Source: Mytilus californianus (lineage: Eukaryota). From it: DNA of 64,000 nucleotides. The DNA lies in contig NW_026262701.1 in the NCBI RefSeq assembly GCF_021869535.1, positions 35,340,001-35,404,000 of the forward strand. The letters are read 5' to 3'. The notes beneath the pieces were generated by a model that made no database searches, was not told the DNA's origin, and saw only the letters and a list, made by a program, of their open reading frames with translations. Made by a program: the position numbers and the translations under genes. This document shows, one piece after another, positions 35,178 to 47,799 of this stretch; position 1 is the first letter of the stretch, and each line of letters opens with the position of its first letter.

Positions 35178-35189
35178 AAATACTGAAAC

Positions 35190-35800
35190 TTAGAAACACC
35201 ACTCATGCTATATGGTGAAACTAGGCGAAATCCTTTTTAGATTGTATAAAATGTTGTCTTGGAATAATGTATTGGTAAATGATCACAAGTTGTCAACAAT
35301 TATGTACAAATTATTGTTTGAATTACATAAAACAAATCCTCAAAAGTTCGTATGGATTTCATACATAAAATCTATTTTGGACGAATGTGGATTAAGGTTT
35401 GTTTTGAGTTATCAGGTACATATGGATAAAAACCACACTAATGATCTGTAAGACAAAAACTGACCGAACAATTCATTCAACATTTGGTATCGCATATTCA
35501 AAATTCTGCAAGGGGAGAATTATGTTCTCTATTCAAACACAAAGTTTGAATTTGAAAAATATTAATGAATCTTGAGGACCATAAAAAGGGTATTTATTAC
35601 TTAATTGAGATGTGCAAGTACTATAGAAACTGGAAGATGGACCGGGATACCTAAGGAGAATACATTTTGTTACCTTTACAAAAACGGAATTTGGAATGAA
35701 TCTCACTATTTATCTCCATGTATATTTCCACCATTTTAACAACTTAGAAAAATAGGTACCTAGTTTCTACAGTACAAATTCAAGTGAGATAAAAATGAAT
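35190..35800 (+). mobile_element. Degenerate LINE 3' fragment
   Basis: WISYIKSILDECGL, FEFEKY, IETGRW motifs typical of CR1/L2-group C-termini; stops and frameshifts. Confidence 0.6.
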
Positions 35801-36431
35801 ATTATGTCATGTTCGACTATAAAAAAATTTGTCTTTGTTCCTGAAAAAAGATCTCGAAGTATTTTTTAGAAAAAAACATGTATCAGATTGTGTTTTTAAA
35901 AAACTTAAATATATTGTTGAAGCATGATATCATATGCACGATTTGTATGTATTTCTTTTGTATTTTGTCATTATTTGTGCATCTAATGTTAGTTTATTGT
36001 CCCCCTGTACACTCAATTTGCTAAAGATCAAATGAAGAATTTTGAACTTGACCCTGAACAGTTGGTGTCTACTCATATTATCAAATTAACACAGATGGTA
36101 TGCTGGTTAAGTTAATTTAACCACCAGATTAACCACACTACATATATTTTATATATTCTGCTATACAAAATTGTTTGATAGAAAAGAAAAGCCTTTTTTT
36201 CCTTTTCATCTATATTGCTTTTTATCAAATCAAAATGTATTTTAAATGGAAACTTTTAGATTAAAATTAGATAAATTATATTTACTTTTTTTTTAATCTT
36301 AAAATTCTATAATAACTTTTGTTTTTATTTATTTTTTCATTAAGGAAAGTTTTATATGTTTGAATTATATTTTGTTGTTCTATTACTTTATGGGCACACA
36401 AAGCATCTAAAACAAATATAGCAATTACAGT

Positions 36432-36504
36432 TCAATTTCTCAAGTTGTCTACTTGATAATGCAAACTCGACCAGCTTGTTCTTTCCTCTCTTTTCTGCAT
36501 TTCG
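36432..36504 (-). CDS. Terminal exon, cytoplasmic tail SEMQKREERTSWSSLHYQVDNLRN*
   Basis: Pyrimidine-rich cag acceptor, phase 2 matching the TM exon, TGA at 36432-36434. Confidence 0.65.
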
Positions 36505-37314
36505 CTGGAATGAAAGAAAAAGACTTTTACAGGAAAGTTTTTTTTTTAATAATTACATAACAATATCTAATTTCAATTCAAAAATTTTTAAATAAATTTT
36601 GCAACATCAAATCATTTTCAAATACCTTTTTGAAAGAATTAATTCAATTTTTATTTTCTTTTATAAGAATTTTTCAAAAGATTCAGGATTTTAAATACAA
36701 ATAGTTTCTATAAGCTTCTGTGTTACATTTACATAAATAGTCATGCTTTTTGATGTCATCCACTATTCCATATATGTCTTAAATTGTTTGTGATTTTGGA
36801 ATACGGTTAAACACACTTCGTTTTGTTACATGTTTACTATTTTGTGTTATTTCTATGGCATTATATGCTTGTATTTGATTCTACTCAGGTTTTCTGTTTT
36901 GCATCAAATATTTCATATACATTTCTTACTAAAATTTGGAATCTTTTGCTTAAGTTCTTACAAATATACCTCATGTATTGTGATGATAAAAAAACACTGT
37001 TTAAATTGTTTGTGTGTGTATCTGTGTGTTGACGTTAAAGGTCATTCTTGGATATTTTTTTTTTAATATAAATTAATACCTTAATTTCTGCAATTTTTCC
37101 TCCCTTCTTACTTTATAAATGTATATCCTAAAAAAAACAATGAGAACAATTAGAATGTGTCTTATTTTGTTGTATTCATAGATTGCTTTTTCATTTTGTA
37201 TTTCCAACGTTTTACTATACTTTATTCAAAGCCCAATTGTAAAGGTTCGATTTTATAAATGCAAATAAAATTTCCACATGAAAGCTTAGTAATTAAAAGC
37301 TGTAAAGCTATATA

Positions 37315-38232
37315 AAAAAGAAGATGTGGTATGATTGCCAATGAGACAACTCTCCAAAAGAGACCAAATGACACAGAAATTAACAACTATAGGTCACCGT
37401 ACGGCCTTCAACAATGAGCAAAGCCCATAACGCACAGTCAGCTATAAAAGGCCCCGAAATGACAATGTAAAACAATTCAAACGAGAAAACTAACGGCCTA
37501 ATTTATGTACAAAAAAATTAACAAAAAACAAATATGTAACACATAAACAAACGACAACCACTGAATTACAGGCTGCTGACTTGGGACAAGCACATACATA
37601 CAGAATGTGGCGGGGTTTAACATGTTAGCGGGATCCCAACCCTCCCCTAACCTGGGACAGTGGTGTAACAGTACAACATAAGAACGAACTATAAAAATCA
37701 GTTGAAAGAGGCTTAACTCATCAGATGGATAAAATACAAATAATACAAATACAAGTGGACGTGGCCGGGTAATTGTACATCCAGACAACAAAAAGACACT
37801 AAGAACAGATCTGAGAGTACTCGCAGTTACTGACAGCTAGTTCAAAGCCACTAACAACTATTAAAAAAATCATGCATCTAAGACTAACTTATCAATCCGT
37901 ACACATCCAAAATCCAATGGATTTAGTGTAAAGACGTCATAAACAGTCAGAGAAAAACATGACCTTGTGCAATGCCAAGATACAGGTATCGACAGATTAT
38001 AGATCCATGAATGTGTATATGTATATAACAATAATATTTAGTTTGCTTTTAATTTACTGATAACAAAATCAATATTAGTACCAATAAAAACAATATTTAA
38101 TGATCTAATTACAGTGTAGAATTGGTAACCTTTTAGAATAGGTTTATTTAAAGGATCGATAAGACTACCAGGATCGTTTCTAATTTTCCGGGCACGGTAA
38201 ACAATATTGCCGTAAAAATGAGGATGTGCAAT
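37315..38232 (-). mobile_element. Penelope-like element 3' fragment (family 2)
   Basis: IAHPHFYGNIVYRARK...KGY...IGTNIDFVISKLK* followed by the abundant 3' repeat. Confidence 0.7.
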
Positions 38233-38874
38233 ATGCTTTATTGAGCATTGAAACAACTTAAGCTAATAGGCGTATGATATCCATATGGAGTACAATCCAC
38301 GTGCCGGGGAACTAGACACGTAATTGTGATAGAAACGTGTACTCACATGAAGTGTTTTAGTACGTTTTAATGCTTTTTAAACATTTTTTCTTTGTAACAT
38401 AGTAGTTGTTACCTTTTATAGTCCACTATACGGTATGGATTTCCTCATTATTGAAGGCGACTGCTTTGTTATCTACCGTATCGAGTGCATGTTGAGTAAA
38501 ACAATATTTTCGAAAATGCATTTGAGAGATTTTTGTATACTTACCTGTATTTCTTCCATCCAAAATACGCAATAAAAACAATCACGATCAAGGCAATAAC
38601 TAACCCAGCGACTACACCAGCTACAGATTGATTTCCTAGAAAGTAAATTGATTATGTTTTGACTTGGTGTTGCAACCCAAAGCTTAATTTGAATAATTAA
38701 ATAATTTTTAAACAGACATTTTGCAGTCACAGTACTTGTATATTATGTAATTCATGCTTTATTGAGCATTGAAACAACTTAAGGTAATAGGCGTATGATA
38801 TCCATATGGAGTACAATTCACGTGCCGTGGAACTAGACACGTAATTGTGATAGAAACGTGTACTCACATGAAGT
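38233..38874. repeat. 121-bp direct repeat pair (38233-38353, 38754-38874) flanking the TM exon
   Basis: Three mismatches by eye, offset 521 bp. Confidence 0.9.
38545..38635 (-). CDS. Transmembrane exon NQSVAGVVAGLVIALIVIVFIAYFGWKKY
   Basis: tag acceptor, gtaagt donor, hydrophobic helix followed by basic stop-transfer residues. Confidence 0.85.
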
Positions 38875-40291
38875 TTTTCTGAAAAAAGTAAAATAACAAA
38901 AATACCAAACTCCTAGGAAAATTCAAAACGGAAAGTCCTTTAAGAACTGGCAAAATCAAAAGCTCAAACATATGGAAACCAACTGTCACATTCCATATTT
39001 GGAACAGGCATTTCCTTATATAGAAAATGGTGTATAAAACCTGGTTTTATAGCTAGTTAAACTTCTCACTTGTATGACAGACATAAAAGGTATACATGTC
39101 AAAAATTGATAGACATCATCTTTTGTCAAATGAATTTTCGATGGAAAGAAAATTATATATAAACTCAATAAAAAAACTTATTTGAAATATTAAACAAACA
39201 CAACTTATCAATGTGTTACATATATGTATATAGTTACAGTATTTGGCCAATTTTCATGTTGTCATATACGAAAATCATATTAAAGGATCTATATATAATT
39301 ACTTGTTTATTGTTTTTCGTTTAAATTGGTTACAATTTGTCAATGATGATTATATCATAGAACACTGATATGAACAAAAGGAAATTTGGAATATACTTCA
39401 TTCAAATAGCAACCCAACAGCTGCACCTAGAGGTCAATAATTCATCTTCAGCATAAGCCAATTGTCTATACTTTATGTCAGCCCTTAATTGACCCCATTC
39501 GATAGAAAATAAGAATAAATTGAACAGGTACATCAAAGATCTGCAATCAACACCAAAATCCCCAAAAAGCAAAACTATATCCTTTAATGTTTCAATCAAG
39601 ATATGACTAAATTCAGTCTAATGATTAAAGAAAATAAAACTGGAGCTTTTTCTGGATTTACGTTCACCAGGAAACCTCCAACTAAAACCTTTGAAAGCCA
39701 AGGGTGAATAAATATTTTAGTACTTGAGGAGCTATATGACTAATAAGGACCGGCATATATAGCCGATCTATCTATCGTCAACTTTGTACGAGGTTAAACT
39801 AGACATCTCAACAATAAGTGCTCCCCTTTTTCCTTGATCATTGGACTAACTAAAGATACTGAGCAACTAGCCAAAGAAAAAGATTGTTTTTTTTTATATT
39901 TCAGCTAACTCTACGAAAAAGACTATTGTTTAAACTTATACAAGAGTCTTATTACCGTTATCAAGAAACGATCTGTACGTTTTTCGAAATAATTGTACAA
40001 GCAAGCATATGTATATACTAAATAATATACAGACCGTATGAAATAGTTTTGAATGGGTCATTTGCTAATTATATATAACAAATTTAAAGATAGAATACCA
40101 GCTTTAAACATCAAAATATCATCTACTAGTTTATTTTTGTGTGGTTTTATAAAGCAAACTTATCTAAGCAAGACATTTCTACTAGTTTTATACAGCAAGA
40201 AACGTTTCATATGTTTGAAAAAAAAGATGCACAGATTTATGTAGACTTAACAGAAGATACGCTTTTTATCAAATTATGTGGAAAGATTTAC

Positions 40292-40333
40292 CTGAGGACT
40301 CAGTCACTGGAGTATCTGTAACAGTGTCGTACA
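40292..40333 (-). CDS. Juxtamembrane stalk exon (V)YDTVTDTPVTESS(G)
   Basis: 42 bp, phase 1-1, tttttttag acceptor, gtaaat donor, Thr/Ser-rich. Confidence 0.75.
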
Positions 40334-40869
40334 CTAAAAAAAGCATTTGAAATTTAATTTCCATAAACAATTAAAACATTATTTTCCTTTTGACACAATT
40401 TAAGCCAACAAAGCTGTTTTAGTTAGAGTGCTATATTCATTTGATGATAAAGGTATATCACTAAATTTACATAAAATCTTCGCTAAATGAATATGTTAAT
40501 ACACATAATAATGATTGAATTAAAAATATTTGTCTTCATGCTATTATTTATCTTTTGGTCGTATGAATGTTGACGTGAGAGGGTATTTATGTATCTCGCA
40601 TTCATGTTTTTGACATCGGGCGTTCCTGGTGCAGGTGGGTCATGACTTCTCCTTTTTGACTCTTGTTTTCTTCTTTATATCTAGTTGTGGTGTCTTTCTT
40701 GTTTTTAAGTCTGTTTGTCCATTTTCTTTTTTGTCATGGTGTTGTTCATTTTTCTTTGACGTATTATATTTGATTGTCCCTTTAATATTTTGTCTCTCTC
40801 TTTATTTCTTACATTCAAGAGTGAAATGAGGTGTTCTGGAACTGGAACCATGAAATGGACACATATAAC

Positions 40870-41626
40870 TCATCGAACCTTTTAACAAACTCATTAGTAA
40901 AGGTTATTTTATAAATGTTGTAATAATATCTTTGAATATTGTTAACATTGGCACAAATATCAATTTTGTCATCAACAAATTAAAACATAACTAAATTTGT
41001 ATTCTTTTCAAATGTTTTTTTTTTCGGATGTATAAATACACATCCACGTTCATTTTCTATATAGAGATTACATAAAATCATACACATTTATTATAAGGTG
41101 AAATCCTAACCATACTACTGCCAGTCGATACTTTAATTTTGGCATTGCACAAGTCATGTCATTAAAAGACTTAATCGCTGGGATGTGTTTTAGTTGATTT
41201 TAGTCTCTGATGCATGGGTTTTTATTATTAATTGTTTTGGCTTTTAACTAGCTTTCAGGAATTGCGAGTACTCTCAAATCCTACTTTCCTGTTAATTTGA
41301 TCTGTTGACACAATTTGTAATGCATGTTTGTTATTCAATGTTTACTTATTTTGTGTCTCACCTTTGAGTATTTACCTTAAGTATTTAGTATCACGATAAA
41401 TTTTTAATTCTGTTCTCGTACTATGAACAACAAATTATTTTTTTTTGTAAAATGATATTTCCGTACTCCATGTACTCCTTACTACAAAATTATTATATTT
41501 AGCTGTGTACGTTATTTTATTTTATATTTTGTCCAAGGTTATAGTTGTCTTTCTAATATTGTTTTACATCTTCTCCCCCTTTATTTTATTAATATTGTAT
41601 TTTTATTCGGCATAGATCAAATTTAT
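40870..41626 (+). repeat. Inverted duplication arm A (757 bp; old PLE 3' fragment)
   Basis: Reverse complement of 42942-43698; same length, no difference found by eye including homopolymer lengths. Confidence 0.95.
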
Positions 41627-42482
41627 TCAAGTGCATGTTTACTTGTTTTTGTTAATATGTGTTTTTGATTGAGTTAAGCCATTTCAAATGATATTTCATA
41701 GTTTGTCTTTCTATATTGTAATGTTACACCTCTACTTTAAGTTAGGGTGAAGGTTTGCGCCTGTTAAAAAGTTTAAACCCGCATCATTTGTTTGCACCTG
41801 TCCTAAGTCAGGAACCTGTTGTTCAGTGGTTGTCGTTTGTTGATGTGGTTCATAAGTGTTTCTCGTTTCTAGTTTTTTTTATATAGATAAGACCGTTGGT
41901 TTTCCTGTCTAAATTATCAAATAAATGTGTCGTTATTCAACAGTTATGTAGAAGGTTATATAAAAAGAGAGATATGAAATAGTCTACACAAATGACAGTA
42001 ACATTTAACGAACATTAATAATGATCTAGCCACAAAATCAATGTTGAAGTCAATTCTACTGTTTCAAGATTTCAAGATAGTTCCTTCTTTATTAGAAACT
42101 ACTATAGATATCCAGTTTATACCACTTCCGAAATCAAGATATGTGAGACAAAATGTACTTTTAAATTATCAAAATGCCCATGGAAATGATGTTAAAAACT
42201 GGAAGATTTGTTTAACTGTAGATTAATAAATAACACATAACATCGTTAACACGAATACATGGAATCGTTTACCCCAATGAAAAAGTTGTCTCATCTGAAG
42301 TTAGGTTCAAAGAACCGTCCATAGTTTGCAATGAAAAGGTAAATCACTTTCTTCTTTTTTGATTAGTGTAAAACAATACCTGAGAAACGGGCCATAATTA
42401 CTATTTTGGGTGATATGAAAAAGTATAATGATAATTTCTTGGAAATCTTTCAATGGTTACAATGAAAAGCGTTATAAAAAAG

Positions 42483-42923
42483 TTAATAAAACGCAACCAA
42501 CAAAGAACATATTTATTTACAACTGAAGCCACCAATGAGCATGCAATAAGCTACAGTTAGGACCAGCAGATGATCATCATAACAAAACTAATTTGATGTG
42601 GTATTAGAACAATTTCTATGTACGTAACTACAATACCCTTTCCTTTTTCCCAAATGTGACCTACCGAATTAGACTTATTACAGGGTTTGTACTAACATGA
42701 GCAACACGACGGATGCCACATGTGGAGCAGGATCTGCTTACCCTTCTGGAGCACCTGAGATCACCTCTAGTTTTTGGTGGGGTTTGGGTCACTCAGTCTT
42801 TAGTTTTCTATGTTGTGTTTTGTGTACTGTTGTTTGTCTGTTGGTCTTTTTTTCTTTTTTTGCCATGGCGTTGTCAGTTTATTTTCGACTTATGACTTTG
42901 ATTGTCCCTCTGGTATCTTTTAT
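42483..42923 (+). repeat. Inverted duplication arm B (441 bp; intron DNA plus Naiad 3' end)
   Basis: Reverse complement of 43976-44416. Confidence 0.95.
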
Positions 42924-42941
42924 AATACATAGTACTAATAT

Positions 42942-43698
42942 ATAAATTTGATCTATGCCGAATAAAAATACAATATTAATAAAATAAAGGGGGAGAAGAT
43001 GTAAAACAATATTAGAAAGACAACTATAACCTTGGACAAAATATAAAATAAAATAACGTACACAGCTAAATATAATAATTTTGTAGTAAGGAGTACATGG
43101 AGTACGGAAATATCATTTTACAAAAAAAAATAATTTGTTGTTCATAGTACGAGAACAGAATTAAAAATTTATCGTGATACTAAATACTTAAGGTAAATAC
43201 TCAAAGGTGAGACACAAAATAAGTAAACATTGAATAACAAACATGCATTACAAATTGTGTCAACAGATCAAATTAACAGGAAAGTAGGATTTGAGAGTAC
43301 TCGCAATTCCTGAAAGCTAGTTAAAAGCCAAAACAATTAATAATAAAAACCCATGCATCAGAGACTAAAATCAACTAAAACACATCCCAGCGATTAAGTC
43401 TTTTAATGACATGACTTGTGCAATGCCAAAATTAAAGTATCGACTGGCAGTAGTATGGTTAGGATTTCACCTTATAATAAATGTGTATGATTTTATGTAA
43501 TCTCTATATAGAAAATGAACGTGGATGTGTATTTATACATCCGAAAAAAAAAACATTTGAAAAGAATACAAATTTAGTTATGTTTTAATTTGTTGATGAC
43601 AAAATTGATATTTGTGCCAATGTTAACAATATTCAAAGATATTATTACAACATTTATAAAATAACCTTTACTAATGAGTTTGTTAAAAGGTTCGATGA
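42942..43698 (-). repeat. Inverted duplication arm A'
   Basis: Reverse complement of 40870-41626. Confidence 0.95.
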
Positions 43699-43788
43699 TA
43701 TACTATCCAGACAATTATAATTTCGATTGAGGGGTATTAAATCATTACAATGAACATTATTTAATTTAAATTTGTGAAATAATTGTAG

Positions 43789-43944
43789 ACGAATGTCCTT
43801 TTGGTACATATTGGATCAACGGAGTTTGTGTTATGTGTCCTAAAGGAACTTACCAAGACGAAAGTGGACAAGTAAACTGTAAAATATGTCCTGATGGTTT
43901 AACGACACAGTACATCGCTTCTAAAAATGAAAGTGAATGCGCAG
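43789..43944 (+). CDS. GCC2/GCC3 (ephrin-receptor-like Cys-rich) exon, inverted relative to its host gene
   Basis: 156 bp, tag/gttagt borders, (D)ECPFGTYWINGVCVMCPKGTYQDESGQVNCKICPDGLTTQYIASKNESECA; missed by the ORF track. Confidence 0.9.
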
Positions 43945-43975
43945 GTTAGTAGAAACAATGTCTTGAAAAAGAGAG

Positions 43976-44416
43976 ATAAAAGATACCAGAGGGACAATCA
44001 AAGTCATAAGTCGAAAATAAACTGACAACGCCATGGCAAAAAAAGAAAAAAAGACCAACAGACAAACAACAGTACACAAAACACAACATAGAAAACTAAA
44101 GACTGAGTGACCCAAACCCCACCAAAAACTAGAGGTGATCTCAGGTGCTCCAGAAGGGTAAGCAGATCCTGCTCCACATGTGGCATCCGTCGTGTTGCTC
44201 ATGTTAGTACAAACCCTGTAATAAGTCTAATTCGGTAGGTCACATTTGGGAAAAAGGAAAGGGTATTGTAGTTACGTACATAGAAATTGTTCTAATACCA
44301 CATCAAATTAGTTTTGTTATGATGATCATCTGCTGGTCCTAACTGTAGCTTATTGCATGCTCATTGGTGGCTTCAGTTGTAAATAAATATGTTCTTTGTT
44401 GGTTGCGTTTTATTAA
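43976..44416 (-). repeat. Inverted duplication arm B'
   Basis: Reverse complement of 42483-42923. Confidence 0.95.
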
Positions 44417-44933
44417 TACAATATACAATAGTATATCAAATATATACCGAACAACAACATTAAAATATAGTACCACTAATATTTTTGAAAAAGTAAAAGT
44501 ATTCTGTACATTTTTACACAATCTTCTTGTCAACACGGACATTTGCTTCTCTCAATTTATAGAATTTCAAAACTTCAAATTTTTCATTTTCATGAAACAA
44601 ATCAGTTTTTAGAATATTCAGAAACTTAAAGTTAGTAAAGAGAAATGGACGAAAATTCAGTTGTATCTGTTTTGTCGCTGCCTTCCTTTCAAAACACTTT
44701 GTGAAAAATGCTGGATCTTAAACCTGATTTCAAACATTTTATTGGCAAACACATCCTTTAGTTTAAAAAAAATGGTTCTTCTATAGCATTAGATTAGTTA
44801 TCAGGAAACCCTTGAATTAAAATTGATTATACAAAATTGCATACGAGTAGAAAACTTGGTCTGGAAAAACGTGGCATGAAAACTACCAGAACAACGTTAT
44901 ATGATTTACAGTTAAAAGATTTTTTTTTCATAC

Positions 44934-45122
44934 CACAAATTAACTCTTGTTCGACTGTTCCTTCTGGACATGTAATGTCGATTTTTATTATAAGTGAAGA
45001 CAAGTCAGCAGAATAAATAGTGCCTTTGTCTTCTATTATCAGGACATCCGTGGTATTCAGTTGATGAAGTGACATGGTTAAATCCGTGTATGCTGTAACA
45101 ACTTCCAATAATCCCGAAGAAA
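44934..45122 (-). CDS. Linker exon ending ITCPEGTVEQELIC
   Basis: 189 bp, phase 1-1; homologous position to plus exon ending IKCPENSIPVYCNTISC. Confidence 0.85.
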
Positions 45123-46175
45123 CTTAAAATAGGACATATTTATTCTATAAGCATGTAATTGACATTCAGTTAAGCAGTAATGTTTGTCATTATAATCCAG
45201 TCAAAACACGAATGCACAATCAAAAGCGAGCCTTCATTCACCTCTCAACAACAGTGCAAAGTTTGTTATAACTTGACTAGAACAGGTACATGACCTAGAA
45301 TAAAATGCCTTTTATAAATCTGACGATCAGAAAATTTTCAAAACTGTACGTTATCTTTCTTTCATCTACTTTCAAACTTATGAGTTTGAAAGTCCCTTGG
45401 TATCTTTCGCCTCTCTTTTTCGCCAATTTCTACAATTATATGTACTTGAAGAAAATCTTTCCAAGCATACGTAAGTTATGAAACACGTGTACAACATATG
45501 AAAAATTTACTCAAATCTTGCAGTTGAAGTCCGATAAATATGCGAAGACAAACCAGGAATTTTATAATATAAAAGGTAGCTTCATATAATCAATTCCAAC
45601 AAAAGTATATAGTTTTGAATGCAAAAGTTGTTTTTCCGTCAATAGGGAACCTGTTTAATAGCCGACCATACGGTATGGGTTTTCTCATTGTTGAAGGCCG
45701 TACGGTTGCCTATAATTGTTTACATCCACTTCATTTGAACCTTGGTGGATAGTTGTTTCATTGGCAATCATAACACAACTCCTTATTTCTATGATGAGTA
45801 CTAAGTTTCAAGTAAATGCTAATTCAACTTCAATGTCAACTACCCTAAACTTTATTTTAATCTAAGATTTATAATTACTTTTACAAAACACTTTTACCAT
45901 ATGAATATGTAAATGATTCCGTAATGAGGATTCTGAGCAAAGGTATCATATTAAAGGGAGGTGTTGATATGCAATATCTTAGATGTCTGCTGTTTAACTT
46001 TTTTAAATGAAAGATGTGTTTTTACCTATATAATTGTATACATTTTCAACGATTTATTTCCCAGTGTAACACAGATGCATTGGTATTACATTGGTATCCG
46101 GTAACATGTTATCAATTGTGAATAAACGAGTCATACGCACACTAACAAAAAAAGAAGAAAAAAAAATAAACAAAC

Positions 46176-46452
46176 CTATATTGTTAGAATAAAACTCTTC
46201 CAAAATTAATGGGTGTTCTGACAGTTCAGAATAAATTTGTATAACAATTTGAACAGATGTTACAGTTGATTGCTTTCGTCTACTTTCACATCCAAACGTA
46301 GACGTGCTGACCGTACATGTATTATTCTCCACACATTGAAGGTTCTTTAAATTCTGATTCAGTGTATCAGATACGCTTTCTTCATTACTACAATCCACCT
46401 CATTTGTATGTTACAGCTGCAGTTGCCCTCACTGCTCTAGGTGAATCTGAAC
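46176..46452 (-). pseudogene. SEA-like exon with +1 frameshift
   Basis: 277 bp (3n+1) between phase-1 neighbours; RSDSPRAVRATAAVTY then frame change at TACAAATGAG to NEVDCSNEES...CESRRKQ. Confidence 0.75.
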
Positions 46453-47314
46453 CTTTCAAAATACAGAATGTTGTATTTGTGTTAGTGTTGTGTTAATTTG
46501 TGAAGTTAATTAAAAGCTTTGATTTGAAGAACGCTCTCTGGTACAAATCATATATTCTAGAAGAATAACGTATACATACAATCGTGCAACGATGAGACTT
46601 ATAAGTCATGACGTGGGCAACAGCAAACAGTTACTTAAATATTGAATAGATTACAAATGATAGCTTCTTGATTCACAAGATACTGAAAATGAACCGATTA
46701 AATTATCGTGAAAATACTTTAAAAGAAAGCTTCTGTTTATTTCTAATATATTTAAAGCATAGTTTATATTTAAACATGCCGTGAATTATTGCGGAATTTT
46801 CTGATTTGATTTTATTAAACCAAAAAAAAAGAACCTTTGTTACTAATCTGATATCATCCTCTGTATAACGTTTACTTCGCTTTGCTCACTCAAATTAAAA
46901 CTAATTACACGTTTTCGACATACATGGATATATAAAACACAACAAACACTATAAAAACTGCATTTAAAAAACGCATATTTTTAAATTCATTCCTGGTCAA
47001 ATTCAAATCAATTTTCTAGTACATTTATGTTACCACCTTGCAAAACTACTAAGTACCTTTAAAATTGAATAGGTAGGCTGCAATTGTCAAATTGATAAAT
47101 ACAATTCAACAGGAAGGACAGAATTACCTACTCCCTTAAACATCAATAGACCAGATTGATGTTACCAGTATATAATGCATTGAATGATGTGAGCATCTGC
47201 CCATTGTTGAAAGTCATTTAAGAACATGCTAATGTTTTAATTTTTACTGCATATTTATTTTCTCTATTTCAATATGATATATTGCAATACAAGTGATATA
47301 GGATAATGACTCAC

Positions 47315-47506
47315 GAGCACATGGAGGTGGAATAGCATTCCAAATATGTCCAGTTTGAGGTCCACATTCGTATTGATCAAGTGGTTGATAGTCTCTTACA
47401 AAGCTATACCCATCTTGACACGTGACCACACATGAAGTAGAATCAGATATGCTCGTACAGTTAAATCTGTTTTTGTAAGAGTATATAGTGGAATGACTTA
47501 GACAAA
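47315..47506 (-). CDS. Sushi/CCP-like exon
   Basis: 192 bp, FNC...SCVVTCQDGYSF...YECGPQTGHIWNAIPPPCA. Confidence 0.85.
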
Positions 47507-47799
47507 CTAGAATAAAAGAAATGGGTACAATTTTAAGGGATAAGAAAAACAAACATCGGAAACTATATTCTTTGTGCGCTCGTCGGGAGTTAGGGGTCTG
47601 TTATTTAATGGTTTTCGTTGGTTAATATCTGTTACATTTGATTTTCGTAAATTGAATTTAATAAATTAGGCCTTTAGTTTTCTCGTTTGAATTTTTTCAC
47701 ATTTTCATATCGAGGCTTTTTATTCGGTATGAGTTTTTCTCATCGTTGAATTGCGTATGGTCAACTATAATTACTCTTACTGTTTAGGCAATTTTTGGT

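Noticed and set aside
39402-39720. Possible LINE C-terminal relic (DIVLLFG)
   Set aside because: Too short and degenerate to support.
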